Positions 20,757 through 30,684 are shown, counted from the first letter of the stretch. The stretch is 64,000 nucleotides of DNA from Deltaproteobacteria bacterium (GCA_052390235.1 JBQTHB010000003.1:64001-128000); one strand, 5' to 3'. Made by a program: numbers and translations. The notes: generated by a model not told the origin, from the letters alone.

Positions 20757-22244
20757 ATGGAAAATCTGATTCTAGTCAACGTTACATTCAATGAAACCAG
20801 AGTCGCCGTTACAGAAAATGGGACGATTACTGAGTTTTATCTGGAGCGAAAATCCCAGCCTCGCATAGTGGGAAACATCTACAAGGGCAAGGTAACAAAA
20901 ATCGTCCCCGGAATGCAGGCGGCGTTCGTTGACCTTGGGCTTGAGAGGTCGGGCTTTATTTCTGTTGAAGATGTCTATGAAGACTCATTTCTCGATATTT
21001 TTCTCGACGACGAAGAGCTACAAACCCAGAAAAAACGCTATAAATACCCAATCCAAGACGTTCTACGCGATGGGCAGGAAATCCTCGTTCAGGTGCTTAA
21101 GGAATCCACCGGCGGCAAGGGGGCGAAACTGTCTTCCTACGTCGCGCTTCCGGGGAAATATCTCGTCCTATTCGGAACGGTGGAACTAGTAGGGGTATCA
21201 AGGCGAATCGAAGATAAGGAAACTCGAAAGAGGCTCAGCGAAATCATAAGAAAATCTAAGCCCAAGGGCATCGGGTTCGTCGCCAGAACCGCAAGCATGG
21301 GCAGAGACGAAGACGAGATTAGGCAGGACATGGAGTATCTCATAAATCTATGGGATGAAATCAACAAAAATTCCGAAGAGCTTAAAGCCCCAGCCCTGCT
21401 CTACGAAGAGCCAAGCCTATACATCAGAGCCGTGCGCGATATGATTACCCCCGATGTAAAGAGCATCATCGTGGATTCCAAAGAGGCAGAGCGGGAGATT
21501 GCCTCGCACATGAAGTCCCGATTCCCAAGTTTTAACGTTAACATCGAAATGTACGCCGGAAAGTCCCCCATATTTACGGAGTTCGGCGTTGAGGAGCAGT
21601 TAAAAAAATTCTTTGAGAAAAAAGTATGGCTTAAATCCGGCGGCTATCTCATCATAGAAGAAGCAGAGGCACTGACCGTAGTGGACATCAACACGGGCAG
21701 ATATCTAAGCGGCAACGACCACGAAGAGACCATTTTCAACATCAACATGGAAGCCGCCCAAGAGGTAGCGCGCCAGATACGAATGAGAAATCTCGTCGGG
21801 ATTATCGTAATTGACTTTATAGACCTCAAAAGCCGCCAGAAGAGAGACGAGGTGTTCCGGAGTTTTGTCGAGGCAATGAAAAAGGACAAAGCGCGCTCCG
21901 TCGTACTCGATATGACCTCTTTTGGCGTGGTTCAAATGACGCGCCAGCGAACCAGAGAGAGCATCCTAAAGAGCCTGTCCGAGCCGTGCGAGGTGTGCGG
22001 CGGCATGGGCTATGTAAAATCAAAGGACACGATAACTTATGAAATTATTCGAGGAATCAGAAATCACGCGGCAAACCCGATTGTGAAAAAAATTCATGTG
22101 CAGGCGAGCCATCCCGTTATAAAGACGATAAAAGAGGTCGAGGGAGAAAATTTAAGAAAACTCGCCGACGAGAGCGCTGTAGCGGTGCTGTTCGAGGGTA
22201 AAGAGTCTCGCGCGGACAGTTTTCAGATAACGACAAACAAATAA
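20757..22244 (+). CDS. rng: Ribonuclease G/E family
   Basis: GNIYKGKV..IVPGMQAAFVD, DINTG, IVIDFID and CEVCGG motifs. No long C-terminal scaffold. Confidence 0.9.
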   Translation: MENLILVNVTFNETRVAVTENGTITEFYLERKSQPRIVGNIYKGKVTKIVPGMQAAFVDLGLERSGFISVEDVYEDSFLDIFLDDEELQTQKKRYKYPIQDVLRDGQEILVQVLKESTGGKGAKLSSYVALPGKYLVLFGTVELVGVSRRIEDKETRKRLSEIIRKSKPKGIGFVARTASMGRDEDEIRQDMEYLINLWDEINKNSEELKAPALLYEEPSLYIRAVRDMITPDVKSIIVDSKEAEREIASHMKSRFPSFNVNIEMYAGKSPIFTEFGVEEQLKKFFEKKVWLKSGGYLIIEEAEALTVVDINTGRYLSGNDHEETIFNINMEAAQEVARQIRMRNLVGIIVIDFIDLKSRQKRDEVFRSFVEAMKKDKARSVVLDMTSFGVVQMTRQRTRESILKSLSEPCEVCGGMGYVKSKDTITYEIIRGIRNHAANPIVKKIHVQASHPVIKTIKEVEGENLRKLADESAVAVLFEGKESRADSFQITTNK

Positions 22245-22249
22245 CAGAG

Positions 22250-22999
22250 GTGTCAAGAATGAAAAGCCTTTTAGTTTGTTTCGCCCTTTCAATTTTTATT
22301 ATTCCCTCCCTCGGAGCGTGCAGACGCGCCGAAGAGCCGCCCGCTGAAACCGAATCCGCGCAAATTGACGCAGAGTCCGGCGACGCATCCGAAGATGGAT
22401 ACGATGAGGAGAGCGGAGAAGACGCACCCTCAGGTGATGACAATAACCTTCCAAAACTCATCTCGATTTCCATTGCAACGGTCGTAAACGGAGATATAAG
22501 AAGCGGATTTCGCGCCATTCCTACGGCATCAGACGCCGACGGAGACGAAATTAGCTTCCGTTATCAGTGGAGTAGAAACGACAGACCCGTCGTGGGGGCT
22601 AGGGATTCAATCCTGCCCTGGGGGGAGGATTTCAAAAGAGGGGATAAAATTTCCGTCGAGGTAACGGTGTCTGACACGCAAAACCTAGGGGCTGGGCGGG
22701 GAGAGGGGGAATTTAAAATCCCGAACTCGCCTCCGAGAATAGTCTCCGAGCCTAAGCCCAGAATCGAGGATGGCAAATTCGACTACACAATCAAAGCCGA
22801 AGACGCAGATGGAGATGCCGTTGAATATTCCATACGAAACGCGCCCAAGGGGATGACCATAGAGCCAGCGACGGGGCGGATAAAATGGGATTTCAGCGAG
22901 GGAGATGTAGGGGAATACAGCGTCGAGGTCGTGGCTACGGACACTGAAGGGGCGAGGGGAAGACAGGTTCTGAGCCTCTCGATACCGGAAAATCCGTAG
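22250..22999 (+). CDS. Lipoprotein with Ig/cadherin-like domains
   Basis: Lipobox-like SLGAC, D.DGD motifs, and NSPP.I.S.P...P.GMTI...TG.I.W. Confidence 0.65.
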   Translation: MSRMKSLLVCFALSIFIIPSLGACRRAEEPPAETESAQIDAESGDASEDGYDEESGEDAPSGDDNNLPKLISISIATVVNGDIRSGFRAIPTASDADGDEISFRYQWSRNDRPVVGARDSILPWGEDFKRGDKISVEVTVSDTQNLGAGRGEGEFKIPNSPPRIVSEPKPRIEDGKFDYTIKAEDADGDAVEYSIRNAPKGMTIEPATGRIKWDFSEGDVGEYSVEVVATDTEGARGRQVLSLSIPENP

Positions 23000-23200
23000 C
23001 GCCGAAATAATTGCAGATAGTAACTGTGCGGCGGCGAGACATCTGACTAAGGGGTTGCGATAGCGAGCCGTATACTTTCTGTCGCTCCGAGCCATGAGCC
23101 TGCCGAGAACCCCCCGCAACCTATTTTCTCATTCATCCCACGCATCCGGCATCGAGAACGTTTAGTTTCCCCCTCCCTTCAGTTATACTCATCCGAGAAG

Positions 23201-24328
23201 ATGGTATCTGTAGCAAGACGCAACTTATTCAACGATAAAACTAGGCTCGCCATTACTGTCGTCGGTGTGGTATTCGCCGTGGTGCTAATGACGGCTCAAA
23301 TCGGCGTATATATAGGCTTTGCCGGTAGCGCGTCGCAAATCATTGATAAAACTGACGCCGACATCTGGATAACCTCGCAGAAAACAACCAACTTCGACTC
23401 CGCAAAACCCATCTCAGAGAATAAGATGAATCCCGTTAGGGAGCTAAAAGAGGTGCTTTGGGTTGAGAGACTCGCCCAGACCTGGGGATATATCAAACTC
23501 GAAAGCGGCTCCACAGAAACCATACAAATCATCGGCTTCAACGCCGAAACCGGCATCGGCGGGCCATGGAAGATGAGAGAGGGCAACCCCAAAGACGTGC
23601 AGGTCGGCACATCGGTCATAATTGACGAATCCTCCCTCAAGAGGCTCACGGGGCTTTCCCTTGGAGACAGTATCGAGGTATTCGACACTCAGACCAAAAT
23701 CGTGGGCATAAGCGAGGGTGTCCGCTCCTTTACGACTTACCCGATAATATTCACAACGCACAAAACCGCCAGAGGATTCTCCAGAATCATCGGGCAGGAC
23801 GAGACCACGTTCATTCTCGTGAAACTCGTCCCCGGCGCGGATCCCGAGGTTGCGGCGGGGAAGCTCAGGGAGAAAATCACCGGTGTTGATGTCTATACCA
23901 AAGCCGAATTCAGCAATAAAACGAGAATGTACTGGACTTTTAGAACGGGAATGGGCGTTGGCATCGGCATCACCGTGCTTCTGGGATTCATCGTGGGAAC
24001 GATAATAGTTGGGCAGACCATATACACTTCCACATCGGAACACCTAAGGGAGTTCGGCACGCTCAAAGCCATAGGGGCTAAGAACTCGGACATATATAAA
24101 ATAATTTTCCAGCAGGCGCTAATGAACGCCGTCATAGGGTACGGCTTCGGGTTCATACTCACGCTTCTGACCAGAGACCTATACGAGCGCTTCAGGGTGA
24201 ACATGATACTCACGCCGAAACTGCTCGTGGCGATGTTTTTCATCACCGTGGCGATGTGCCTCATCTCCTCGTTTATTTCAATTAGGAAGGCGGCGAAAGT
24301 TGACCCGGTAATTGTTTTTAAATCCTAG
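23201..24328 (+). CDS. ABC exporter permease (MacB/FtsX/DevC-like)
   Basis: ARRNL, a large periplasmic loop, REFGTLKAIGA and KVDP..VF. Confidence 0.88.
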   Translation: MVSVARRNLFNDKTRLAITVVGVVFAVVLMTAQIGVYIGFAGSASQIIDKTDADIWITSQKTTNFDSAKPISENKMNPVRELKEVLWVERLAQTWGYIKLESGSTETIQIIGFNAETGIGGPWKMREGNPKDVQVGTSVIIDESSLKRLTGLSLGDSIEVFDTQTKIVGISEGVRSFTTYPIIFTTHKTARGFSRIIGQDETTFILVKLVPGADPEVAAGKLREKITGVDVYTKAEFSNKTRMYWTFRTGMGVGIGITVLLGFIVGTIIVGQTIYTSTSEHLREFGTLKAIGAKNSDIYKIIFQQALMNAVIGYGFGFILTLLTRDLYERFRVNMILTPKLLVAMFFITVAMCLISSFISIRKAAKVDPVIVFKS

Positions 24329-24338
24329 CAAAGTGATA

Positions 24339-25031
24339 ATGAAGCAAATCGAAGTTTCCGACGTAGATAAGATATACGAAGAGGGCAGGGTCAGGGTTCA
24401 CGCCGTAAAAGGGGTCAATATGCTGGTAAACGCCGGCGAACTTGCCCTTCTTATGGGCCCCTCGGGCAGCGGCAAAACCACGCTCCTGTCGATGATGGGC
24501 TGTATTCTCAAGCCTACAAAGGGGACGATTAAAATCATGGGCGAAGAAATCCGCGCTTGGGACGAAGAGACCCTGCCGCTCATCAGAAGAAAGCACATCG
24601 GGTTTATATTTCAGCACTTCAACCTCCTAGGCACCCTCACCGCCTCGGAAAACGTAGAGGTGGCGCTCAATTTAAAGGGGATAAAGGGGCGGAGGGCAAA
24701 GGAAATATCCATAACCCTGCTTGAGCAGGTCGGCCTCAAGGATAGGATTCATTTCCTTCCCCGCGACCTCAGCGGAGGCGAGAAACAGCGCGTCGCCATT
24801 GCAAGGGCGCTTTCCGGGAATCCGCCCATACTTCTCGCCGACGAGCCTACGGGCAACCTCGATTCCAAGACCGGAAGGGCGGCTCTGGAGCTGATAAAAA
24901 AGCTCACGGTCGAGGGCAATAAATCCGTCGTCATCGTTACGCACGACAACCGCATCATAGACTTAGCCGATAAAATTTACGAGATGGAAGACGGCTCCAT
25001 CAAAAATAACGGACATCCGAGTTCAGAGTAG
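24339..25031 (+). CDS. ABC transporter ATP-binding protein (LolD/DevA-like)
   Basis: GPSGSGKTT, LSGGEKQRVAIARAL and DEPTGNLD motifs. Confidence 0.93.
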   Translation: MKQIEVSDVDKIYEEGRVRVHAVKGVNMLVNAGELALLMGPSGSGKTTLLSMMGCILKPTKGTIKIMGEEIRAWDEETLPLIRRKHIGFIFQHFNLLGTLTASENVEVALNLKGIKGRRAKEISITLLEQVGLKDRIHFLPRDLSGGEKQRVAIARALSGNPPILLADEPTGNLDSKTGRAALELIKKLTVEGNKSVVIVTHDNRIIDLADKIYEMEDGSIKNNGHPSSE

Positions 25032-25048
25032 AAAGCGAGACAGAGCAA

Positions 25049-26155
25049 ATGACCATATATATCAAATATTTATCAGCCCCGATAGCAATACTCATCTTAG
25101 CGTTCGTCCTTTTCGGCGGGGAAAAAACCCAGAGCGAGCGCGCCGAGGCGAAAATCGGAGATATATACCTCATCGTAGCGGCAAGGGGAGGCGTTGAAGC
25201 CGCCCAAGAAGCCGACCTAGCCCCCAAAAGCCTGGGGAGAATTAAAGAAATCAGGGTTAACGAGGGGGACTCGGTTCAGAAGGATGAAATCATTGCCACT
25301 CTCGAAAACGATGAAATCAAGGCGAGTGTCGAGCAGGCGCGCGCTAGCTTGCTGAGGACGGACATAGAAATCAAAGAAGCGGCGCAGAGCCTCGCCCGCA
25401 TCAGAGCCGTCTTTGAGAAAGGCGTAATATCGAAATCCGAACTGGATTCATCCCAGCTCAAATACGATGTCGCCTCGGCGGTGAAGAGAAAAGCCGAAGC
25501 CGACCTCCAGCAGGCAAGAGCCGTTCTGGAAAGCACATACGTAAGAGCGCCGTTTGCAGGCACCATCACAAGGAAATTCCTCGACCCCGGCGAAACCATC
25601 ACTCTCGAAAAGCTACGCCCCATCGTAACCCTTTCGGACATGAGCCAGATAATTATTCGAGCCGAGATTGACGAGACTAAAATCAGCAAAATACGCTTGG
25701 GGCAGTCCTGCGCCGTTACATCGAAAGTCTATCCCGGCGAGGAATTTGCGGGGAGAGTCGTAGAGATTAGCCCAGCCGTGGGAAAGAAAACCCTGATTTC
25801 GGATAATCCCGCGGAAATGATTGACAGGGACGTGCTGGAGACGAAAATCGAGCTTGGCGCAGAGGGGCGGAAACTCAATTTGGGGCTTGAGGTGGACGTG
25901 AAAATCATAGTGAACGACAGAAGAGACGTTCTCATCGTTCCAAGAAAGTTCGTCGCCGCGGCTGGGGGTAAATCCACTGTCAGGGTGAAAGTAAACGGGA
26001 GCTATGAAGAGCGGGAAATTGGGCTTGGGCTATCCGACGAAGAGAACGTCGAGGTTCTGAGCGGGCTAAAGGAGGGGGATATTCTCGCTCAGCCGGACGA
26101 ATCCCTCGCTCCGAAGTCGCTGTCCTCGTCTATACTCGGCTTTTTCTCCCGATAA
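25049..26155 (+). CDS. Membrane fusion (periplasmic adaptor) protein
   Basis: Lipoyl-like GRIKEIRVNEGD, a coiled hairpin, RAPFAG and EVLSGLKEGD. Confidence 0.88.
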   Translation: MTIYIKYLSAPIAILILAFVLFGGEKTQSERAEAKIGDIYLIVAARGGVEAAQEADLAPKSLGRIKEIRVNEGDSVQKDEIIATLENDEIKASVEQARASLLRTDIEIKEAAQSLARIRAVFEKGVISKSELDSSQLKYDVASAVKRKAEADLQQARAVLESTYVRAPFAGTITRKFLDPGETITLEKLRPIVTLSDMSQIIIRAEIDETKISKIRLGQSCAVTSKVYPGEEFAGRVVEISPAVGKKTLISDNPAEMIDRDVLETKIELGAEGRKLNLGLEVDVKIIVNDRRDVLIVPRKFVAAAGGKSTVRVKVNGSYEEREIGLGLSDEENVEVLSGLKEGDILAQPDESLAPKSLSSSILGFFSR

Positions 26156-26795
26156 CCTGCCTCCGCGCAGAGCCGCATATTATTGATTTTTCGGCTCCCG
26201 AAGAACCCGCCGGAGCAACTAGCTGAAGCGCGAGAGCCTCTGCCGAGGCAAAAATGAGACAGCCCATAGCCAAGTAAAAAAGCCCCTCGCTGTAGCCGAC
26301 CGCGAATGTCCAGAACACGAAGATATAGCCCAAAACCGTGGCGAGCTTAACTGAATAAAACGGGCGGTTGCCGAACCTTCCGAACCTCAGCCACCCGAAT
26401 ACGAGAGACAATACATTGACCGACGCCCAAATCCACACCAAGACCGGGTGATTGCCGTAAACCTCAGGCTCGAGCATCACAACCCAAGCCACAACCGACG
26501 CCAGCAGAATATTATCCGCCAGAGAATCGAGCATTCTGCCAAAGCCGCTGACCTTATCGAGCCGGCGGGCAAAATACCCGTCCAGCAAATCCGTCAGCGC
26601 CGCAATTATCAGCCCGAAACCAATGTAGCGCGGCATATCGAAAACCGCAAGAACCCACAGCGCGGGAACCAGGAGGAGTCTCGCGGATGTGATCTGATTG
26701 GGAAATTCCCCAAAACGGTTAAGGGTTGATGAGCCTCGGCGTTGTCTCTGAGGCGGGGCGCAGACCGAATGGTGGGAATCTTGGTTTATGGACAT
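26130..26795 (-). CDS. CDP-alcohol phosphatidyltransferase
   Basis: PNQIT..R and DLLDGYFARR....S.FG..LDSLAD motifs. Exact start uncertain. Confidence 0.85.
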   Translation of the reverse strand: MSINQDSHHSVCAPPQRQRRGSSTLNRFGEFPNQITSARLLLVPALWVLAVFDMPRYIGFGLIIAALTDLLDGYFARRLDKVSGFGRMLDSLADNILLASVVAWVVMLEPEVYGNHPVLVWIWASVNVLSLVFGWLRFGRFGNRPFYSVKLATVLGYIFVFWTFAVGYSEGLFYLAMGCLIFASAEALALQLVAPAGSSGAEKSIICGSARRQVIGRKSRV

Positions 26796-26932
26796 TTTGC
26801 CCCGAAAGCCGTCTATAAAATGATACCGATATTAATCGAATTCCTGATTTTTTGCAATCGCCTATTGAGGCGGGAATTAAAATCTCTCTCCATCGTGGTA
26901 TATTCTCTGGAAATAATTGAGGGAGCGGGCAA

Positions 26933-27505
26933 ATTCTAGCAGATGTTTTTTTAGTATTATCGGTTATATCTGGGATTATCCCGACGGCGTGGTGCCTGCG
27001 GCGGAGGTTATATGTGGAGGGTGTGGGGCTTGCCCTCGCCTACTCGGCGTCGCTCGCGTTTCATCTCTCGCAGGTATTGGGTCGGGGGATATGGCTTCCC
27101 ACTGAGAGGTGGCGGTATGTGGATAATTTCTTCGCCCTCGCAGTTGCCTCGATTCTAGTTTTTCACCTGCTTCCGGTGAGGAGCGAGATTTGGAAGCGGG
27201 GGCTTCAGGTATCGTCGCTTGCGCTAATTTTTTTATTCGCGGCGCATCTCATAAAATTTTGGATGAGGGCGTCGGTGGGACTCATCCTGACTCTGGCAGT
27301 GGCGGCAACACTCGCCCGCGAGAAGAGCCTAGATTCGCTATACGACAGGCGCAGGGCTTTGGCAGGAGGCGTTATTCTAATTCTCGCAATCCTGATAAGC
27401 GCAGGGCCAAGGCTCTTCGGCGCTGAGAGCTACGCTCTTTTTCACGGGAGTTGGCACGTTATGTCAACAGGGGCTATTTATATTCTGTTGAGGGCAAAGA
27501 GGTAG
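26933..27505 (+). CDS. CREST-superfamily membrane protein, TMEM8/myomaker (DUF3522)-like
   Basis: Motifs SxxxH (SLAFH), D (YVDNF) and HxxxH (HGSWH). The frame is open from 26921 and encodes an extra TM helix upstream of the annotated GTG at 27014. Start uncertain. Confidence 0.6.
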   Translation: MLADVFLVLSVISGIIPTAWCLRRRLYVEGVGLALAYSASLAFHLSQVLGRGIWLPTERWRYVDNFFALAVASILVFHLLPVRSEIWKRGLQVSSLALIFLFAAHLIKFWMRASVGLILTLAVAATLAREKSLDSLYDRRRALAGGVILILAILISAGPRLFGAESYALFHGSWHVMSTGAIYILLRAKR

Positions 27506-27647
27506 CGGTATGGAGATTTGCGGGTTTCTTCCCTCGCGCGAGACCCTAATTTAGACAAAATTTGATATAGCTGTATATTTATCGCCTGCGTGAAATTTTA
27601 TTATGCCGCACTGAGAATCCCTAGACCAATTTGGAGCCAAGGAACTA

Positions 27648-28073
27648 ATGAACAGCGTTAAGACCGAAAACCTCTATCACATAGCCGTTGCCGTCAGAGA
27701 CATCGCCCAGGTGGAATCCCTCTACACAAAAGCCCTCGGACTTAGAGTTGCGCACAGGGAAACGATTGAGAGCCAGGGGGTTCAATCCTCGATGCTCGTG
27801 CCAATGGGCGGGGGGTGCGCCATAGAGCTCGTCGAGCCAATAGGCGATAACTCTCCAATTTCCAAATTCCTCGCCAAGAGGGGAGAGGGAATTCACCATA
27901 TCTGCTTCATTGTAGAAGACATCGAGTACGCCCTCGAAGAGCTTAGACACCAGGGAGTTCAGTTGATTGACGAGTCCCCCAGAATAGGGGCTTACGGGGC
28001 GAAAGTGGCGTTTATCCACCCGAAAGCGCTAAACGGCGTGTTAATCGAGCTTGCCGAGATGCCAAAGAAATAG
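27648..28073 (+). CDS. mce: Methylmalonyl-CoA epimerase
   Basis: HIAVAV, QGV, IELVEP, KFLAKRGEGIHHICF, AFIHPK and GVLIEL motifs. Confidence 0.9.
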   Translation: MNSVKTENLYHIAVAVRDIAQVESLYTKALGLRVAHRETIESQGVQSSMLVPMGGGCAIELVEPIGDNSPISKFLAKRGEGIHHICFIVEDIEYALEELRHQGVQLIDESPRIGAYGAKVAFIHPKALNGVLIELAEMPKK

Positions 28074-28126
28074 GCACAGGCACAGACCCCCGCGCGCGCC
28101 AGCGGTGATGTTGAAGGGTAGAGAGG

Positions 28127-28372
28127 CTATTTCGCCTCTTTTTGAGAGGATTTATTAGCGGAAGAGGACTCAAGCGTAGAGCCTTCGACGCTTTTGGCAT
28201 CGTCCTTCGAGGGGGTAATGTCAACCTCGTCCGGCTCTTTCATGGATTTCTTAAAGCCCTTTATCCCCTTTCCAAGCGCCGAGCCTAAGTCCCCCAGCCT
28301 GCTTGGCCCAAAGATGAGAAGTAAAATTACGAGAACTATAATAAGCTCTCCCCAGCCGATTCCACCTATCAT
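28127..28372 (-). CDS. tatA: Twin-arginine translocase TatA
   Basis: [30 protein letters not shown]. Confidence 0.95.
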   Translation of the reverse strand: MIGGIGWGELIIVLVILLLIFGPSRLGDLGSALGKGIKGFKKSMKEPDEVDITPSKDDAKSVEGSTLESSSANKSSQKEAK

Positions 28373-28533
28373 GAGCTAGTCCCTCCAGAATTGACAGGTT
28401 ACCAATAGGAAGAATCAATGTCAATAACGCCCACGCGGGTTCAGAGCGCGCCGAGCAGACAGTTAACGCGGGCTTAACAATACCCGCTTCGAGGGAGCGT
28501 CAATTAAGCGCGTCGTATTGCACTTGGGCGAGG

Positions 28534-29649
28534 CTAAGGGTTCACCGTAGATACATAGACGAACTCGCCTTTTTTCACCTGCCGGATGACCGCGCTCTTT
28601 ACGGCGTTGTGATTTGCGTCCATTGTGATTGTCCCCGTAATGCCCTGAAAATTCTCGGTGTTCTCCACTGCGGCGCGCACCTTGGAGGAGTCAGTAGAGG
28701 CGCTCTTCTCTATGGCGTCGAGGAGGATAAAATAGGCGTCCGCTCCGAGAGCGCCGAGGGCGTCGGGGGCGTCCTTGTATTTGTCCCTGAAGATTTTAAC
28801 GTACCGAGTTCCGAGGGGGCTTAGCTCGGCTTTTTCATCAAAATGAGTGGTGTAGTACATCCCCTCTACGGCTTTCCCGCCGATTTTCGTGAGTTCCGGG
28901 GCTTCCGCGCCGTCGCCTGAGATGAATACGGCTTTAATTCCAAGCTCCCTTGCCTGCTTTGCGATGAGCGCGACCTCGGTGTAGTAGCCGGGGACGGCTA
29001 TGACGTCGGGGTTAAATGGCTTTATCGTGGTGAGCTGAGCGGTGAAATCCTGGTCGCCGGACTGATAATTGAGCCTCGTTGCGACTTTCCCCCCCAGAGA
29101 TTTAAACGTTTTCACAAAGGCATTCGTAAGCCCGACCGAATAATCCTGCCCTATGTCCATTAGGACGGCAGCTTTTTTCGCCTTAAGCTCGTTGTAAGCG
29201 AATTTTGCCATCACTTCGCCCTGAAACGGGTCAATAAAGCAGGCTCGAAACACGTACTTGCGGTTTTGGGTTACAATGGGATTTGTCGAAGCCGGGCTAA
29301 TGTAGGGGATTTTACTCTTTTCAGCGACGGGAGCTATGGCAAGAGAGTTCGAGCTTGCCACATCGCCCATTAGCGCAACGACTTTATCCCTTTGAATCAG
29401 TCGCTGGGCGGCGTTGGCAGACTCAATTTTATCGCTCTTATTGTCAACCAGCACGAGTTCCACTTCCCTGCCCAAGACCTTTGGGCGCATGGCTTTGCCA
29501 ATCTGCATCCCGTTCCAAGTCATCTGCCCGAATGCCGAAGTGCCTCCGGTCATAGATAGAATTACGCCGATTTTAATCTTCTCCGCCGCCGAAGCAATCA
29601 TAGAGCCGAACACAAGCATCAAAATGAAAACGCCCGCTAGAATCCGCAT
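28534..29649 (-). CDS. Branched-chain amino acid-type ABC substrate-binding protein
   Basis: IKIG, DNKSD, FRACFIDPFQG and DFTAQLT motifs. No permease adjacent. Confidence 0.88.
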   Translation of the reverse strand: MRILAGVFILMLVFGSMIASAAEKIKIGVILSMTGGTSAFGQMTWNGMQIGKAMRPKVLGREVELVLVDNKSDKIESANAAQRLIQRDKVVALMGDVASSNSLAIAPVAEKSKIPYISPASTNPIVTQNRKYVFRACFIDPFQGEVMAKFAYNELKAKKAAVLMDIGQDYSVGLTNAFVKTFKSLGGKVATRLNYQSGDQDFTAQLTTIKPFNPDVIAVPGYYTEVALIAKQARELGIKAVFISGDGAEAPELTKIGGKAVEGMYYTTHFDEKAELSPLGTRYVKIFRDKYKDAPDALGALGADAYFILLDAIEKSASTDSSKVRAAVENTENFQGITGTITMDANHNAVKSAVIRQVKKGEFVYVSTVNP

Positions 29650-29904
29650 GAGATATGTCCCCCTCCTCCATCTGGAATAAAATTTCCGAATCAGCGTCTA
29701 AAGTATTACCTTCGCACTCTGTTATTTCAACCGCTCGCACGAGAGGGGGGCTGCAACCTCTGCGGATTGAACTATCACCCCCCCTCACAGATAGCAGATA
29801 CAGAATCGGCAATCCGGGGCGTCTCCTGCCGCCGCGAGCATAGCGCCTGCGGCAAAATTGAGCTACTCTATTTGGACTAAAATTTACGGGGGCTACAGCG
29901 CGCA

Positions 29905-30684
29905 ATGAAACTCACAAGAAAAGTGGCGGTAATCACGGGAGCGGCTTCGGGTATCGGGCTTGCCATAGCCGAGGCTTTTGCCAGAGAAGGGGCAAGCGTT
30001 GCCATAGCCGATATTGACGAGGAGGGCGGAAGGGCGGCGGCGCTGGCGATAAACGCATCGGGCGGAAGGGCGATATTCTTCAGGGCTGACGTTACGTCCC
30101 CTGGAGAGTGCAAATCTCTCATTGAAGCTGCGGAAGCCGAATTCGGCGGGATTCACATCCTAGTCAACAACGCGGGGGTTCAGTACGTCTCCCCCATTGC
30201 GGATTTCCCCGAAGAGAAGTGGAATCTGCTCATCAATATTATGCTCACCGCGCCATTTCTCTGCACAAAATACGCCCTGCCCATTATGATTCGGCACAAG
30301 TGGGGGCGGATAATCAACATATCATCCATTCACGGCATGGTGGGCGTGAAATTCAAATCCGCTTATGTAGCCGCAAAGCACGGCATCATAGGGCTTACCA
30401 GAGTTACGGCTCTCGAGGGGGCAGAACACGGTATAACGGCAAACGCTATATGCCCCACATTTGTGCGCACGCCGCTTGTTGAGAAGCAGATAGACGCTCA
30501 GGCGAGGGTTCACGGAATCCCGCGCGAGGAGGTCATAGAGAGAGTAATCCTCGCCGAAGCCCCGATGAAGAGGATGCTTGAGCCGGAAGAGGTCGCAGAC
30601 CTGGCGCTATTTCTCGCCGGAGAGTCGGCAAAGAACATCACCGGCGCGGTAATTCCAATAGACGAGGGGTGGACGGCTCAGTGA
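29905..30684 (+). CDS. 3-hydroxybutyrate dehydrogenase
   Basis: TGAASGIG, NNAGVQ, KSAYVAAKHG and VRTPLVEKQI motifs. Confidence 0.88.
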   Translation: MKLTRKVAVITGAASGIGLAIAEAFAREGASVAIADIDEEGGRAAALAINASGGRAIFFRADVTSPGECKSLIEAAEAEFGGIHILVNNAGVQYVSPIADFPEEKWNLLINIMLTAPFLCTKYALPIMIRHKWGRIINISSIHGMVGVKFKSAYVAAKHGIIGLTRVTALEGAEHGITANAICPTFVRTPLVEKQIDAQARVHGIPREEVIERVILAEAPMKRMLEPEEVADLALFLAGESAKNITGAVIPIDEGWTAQ

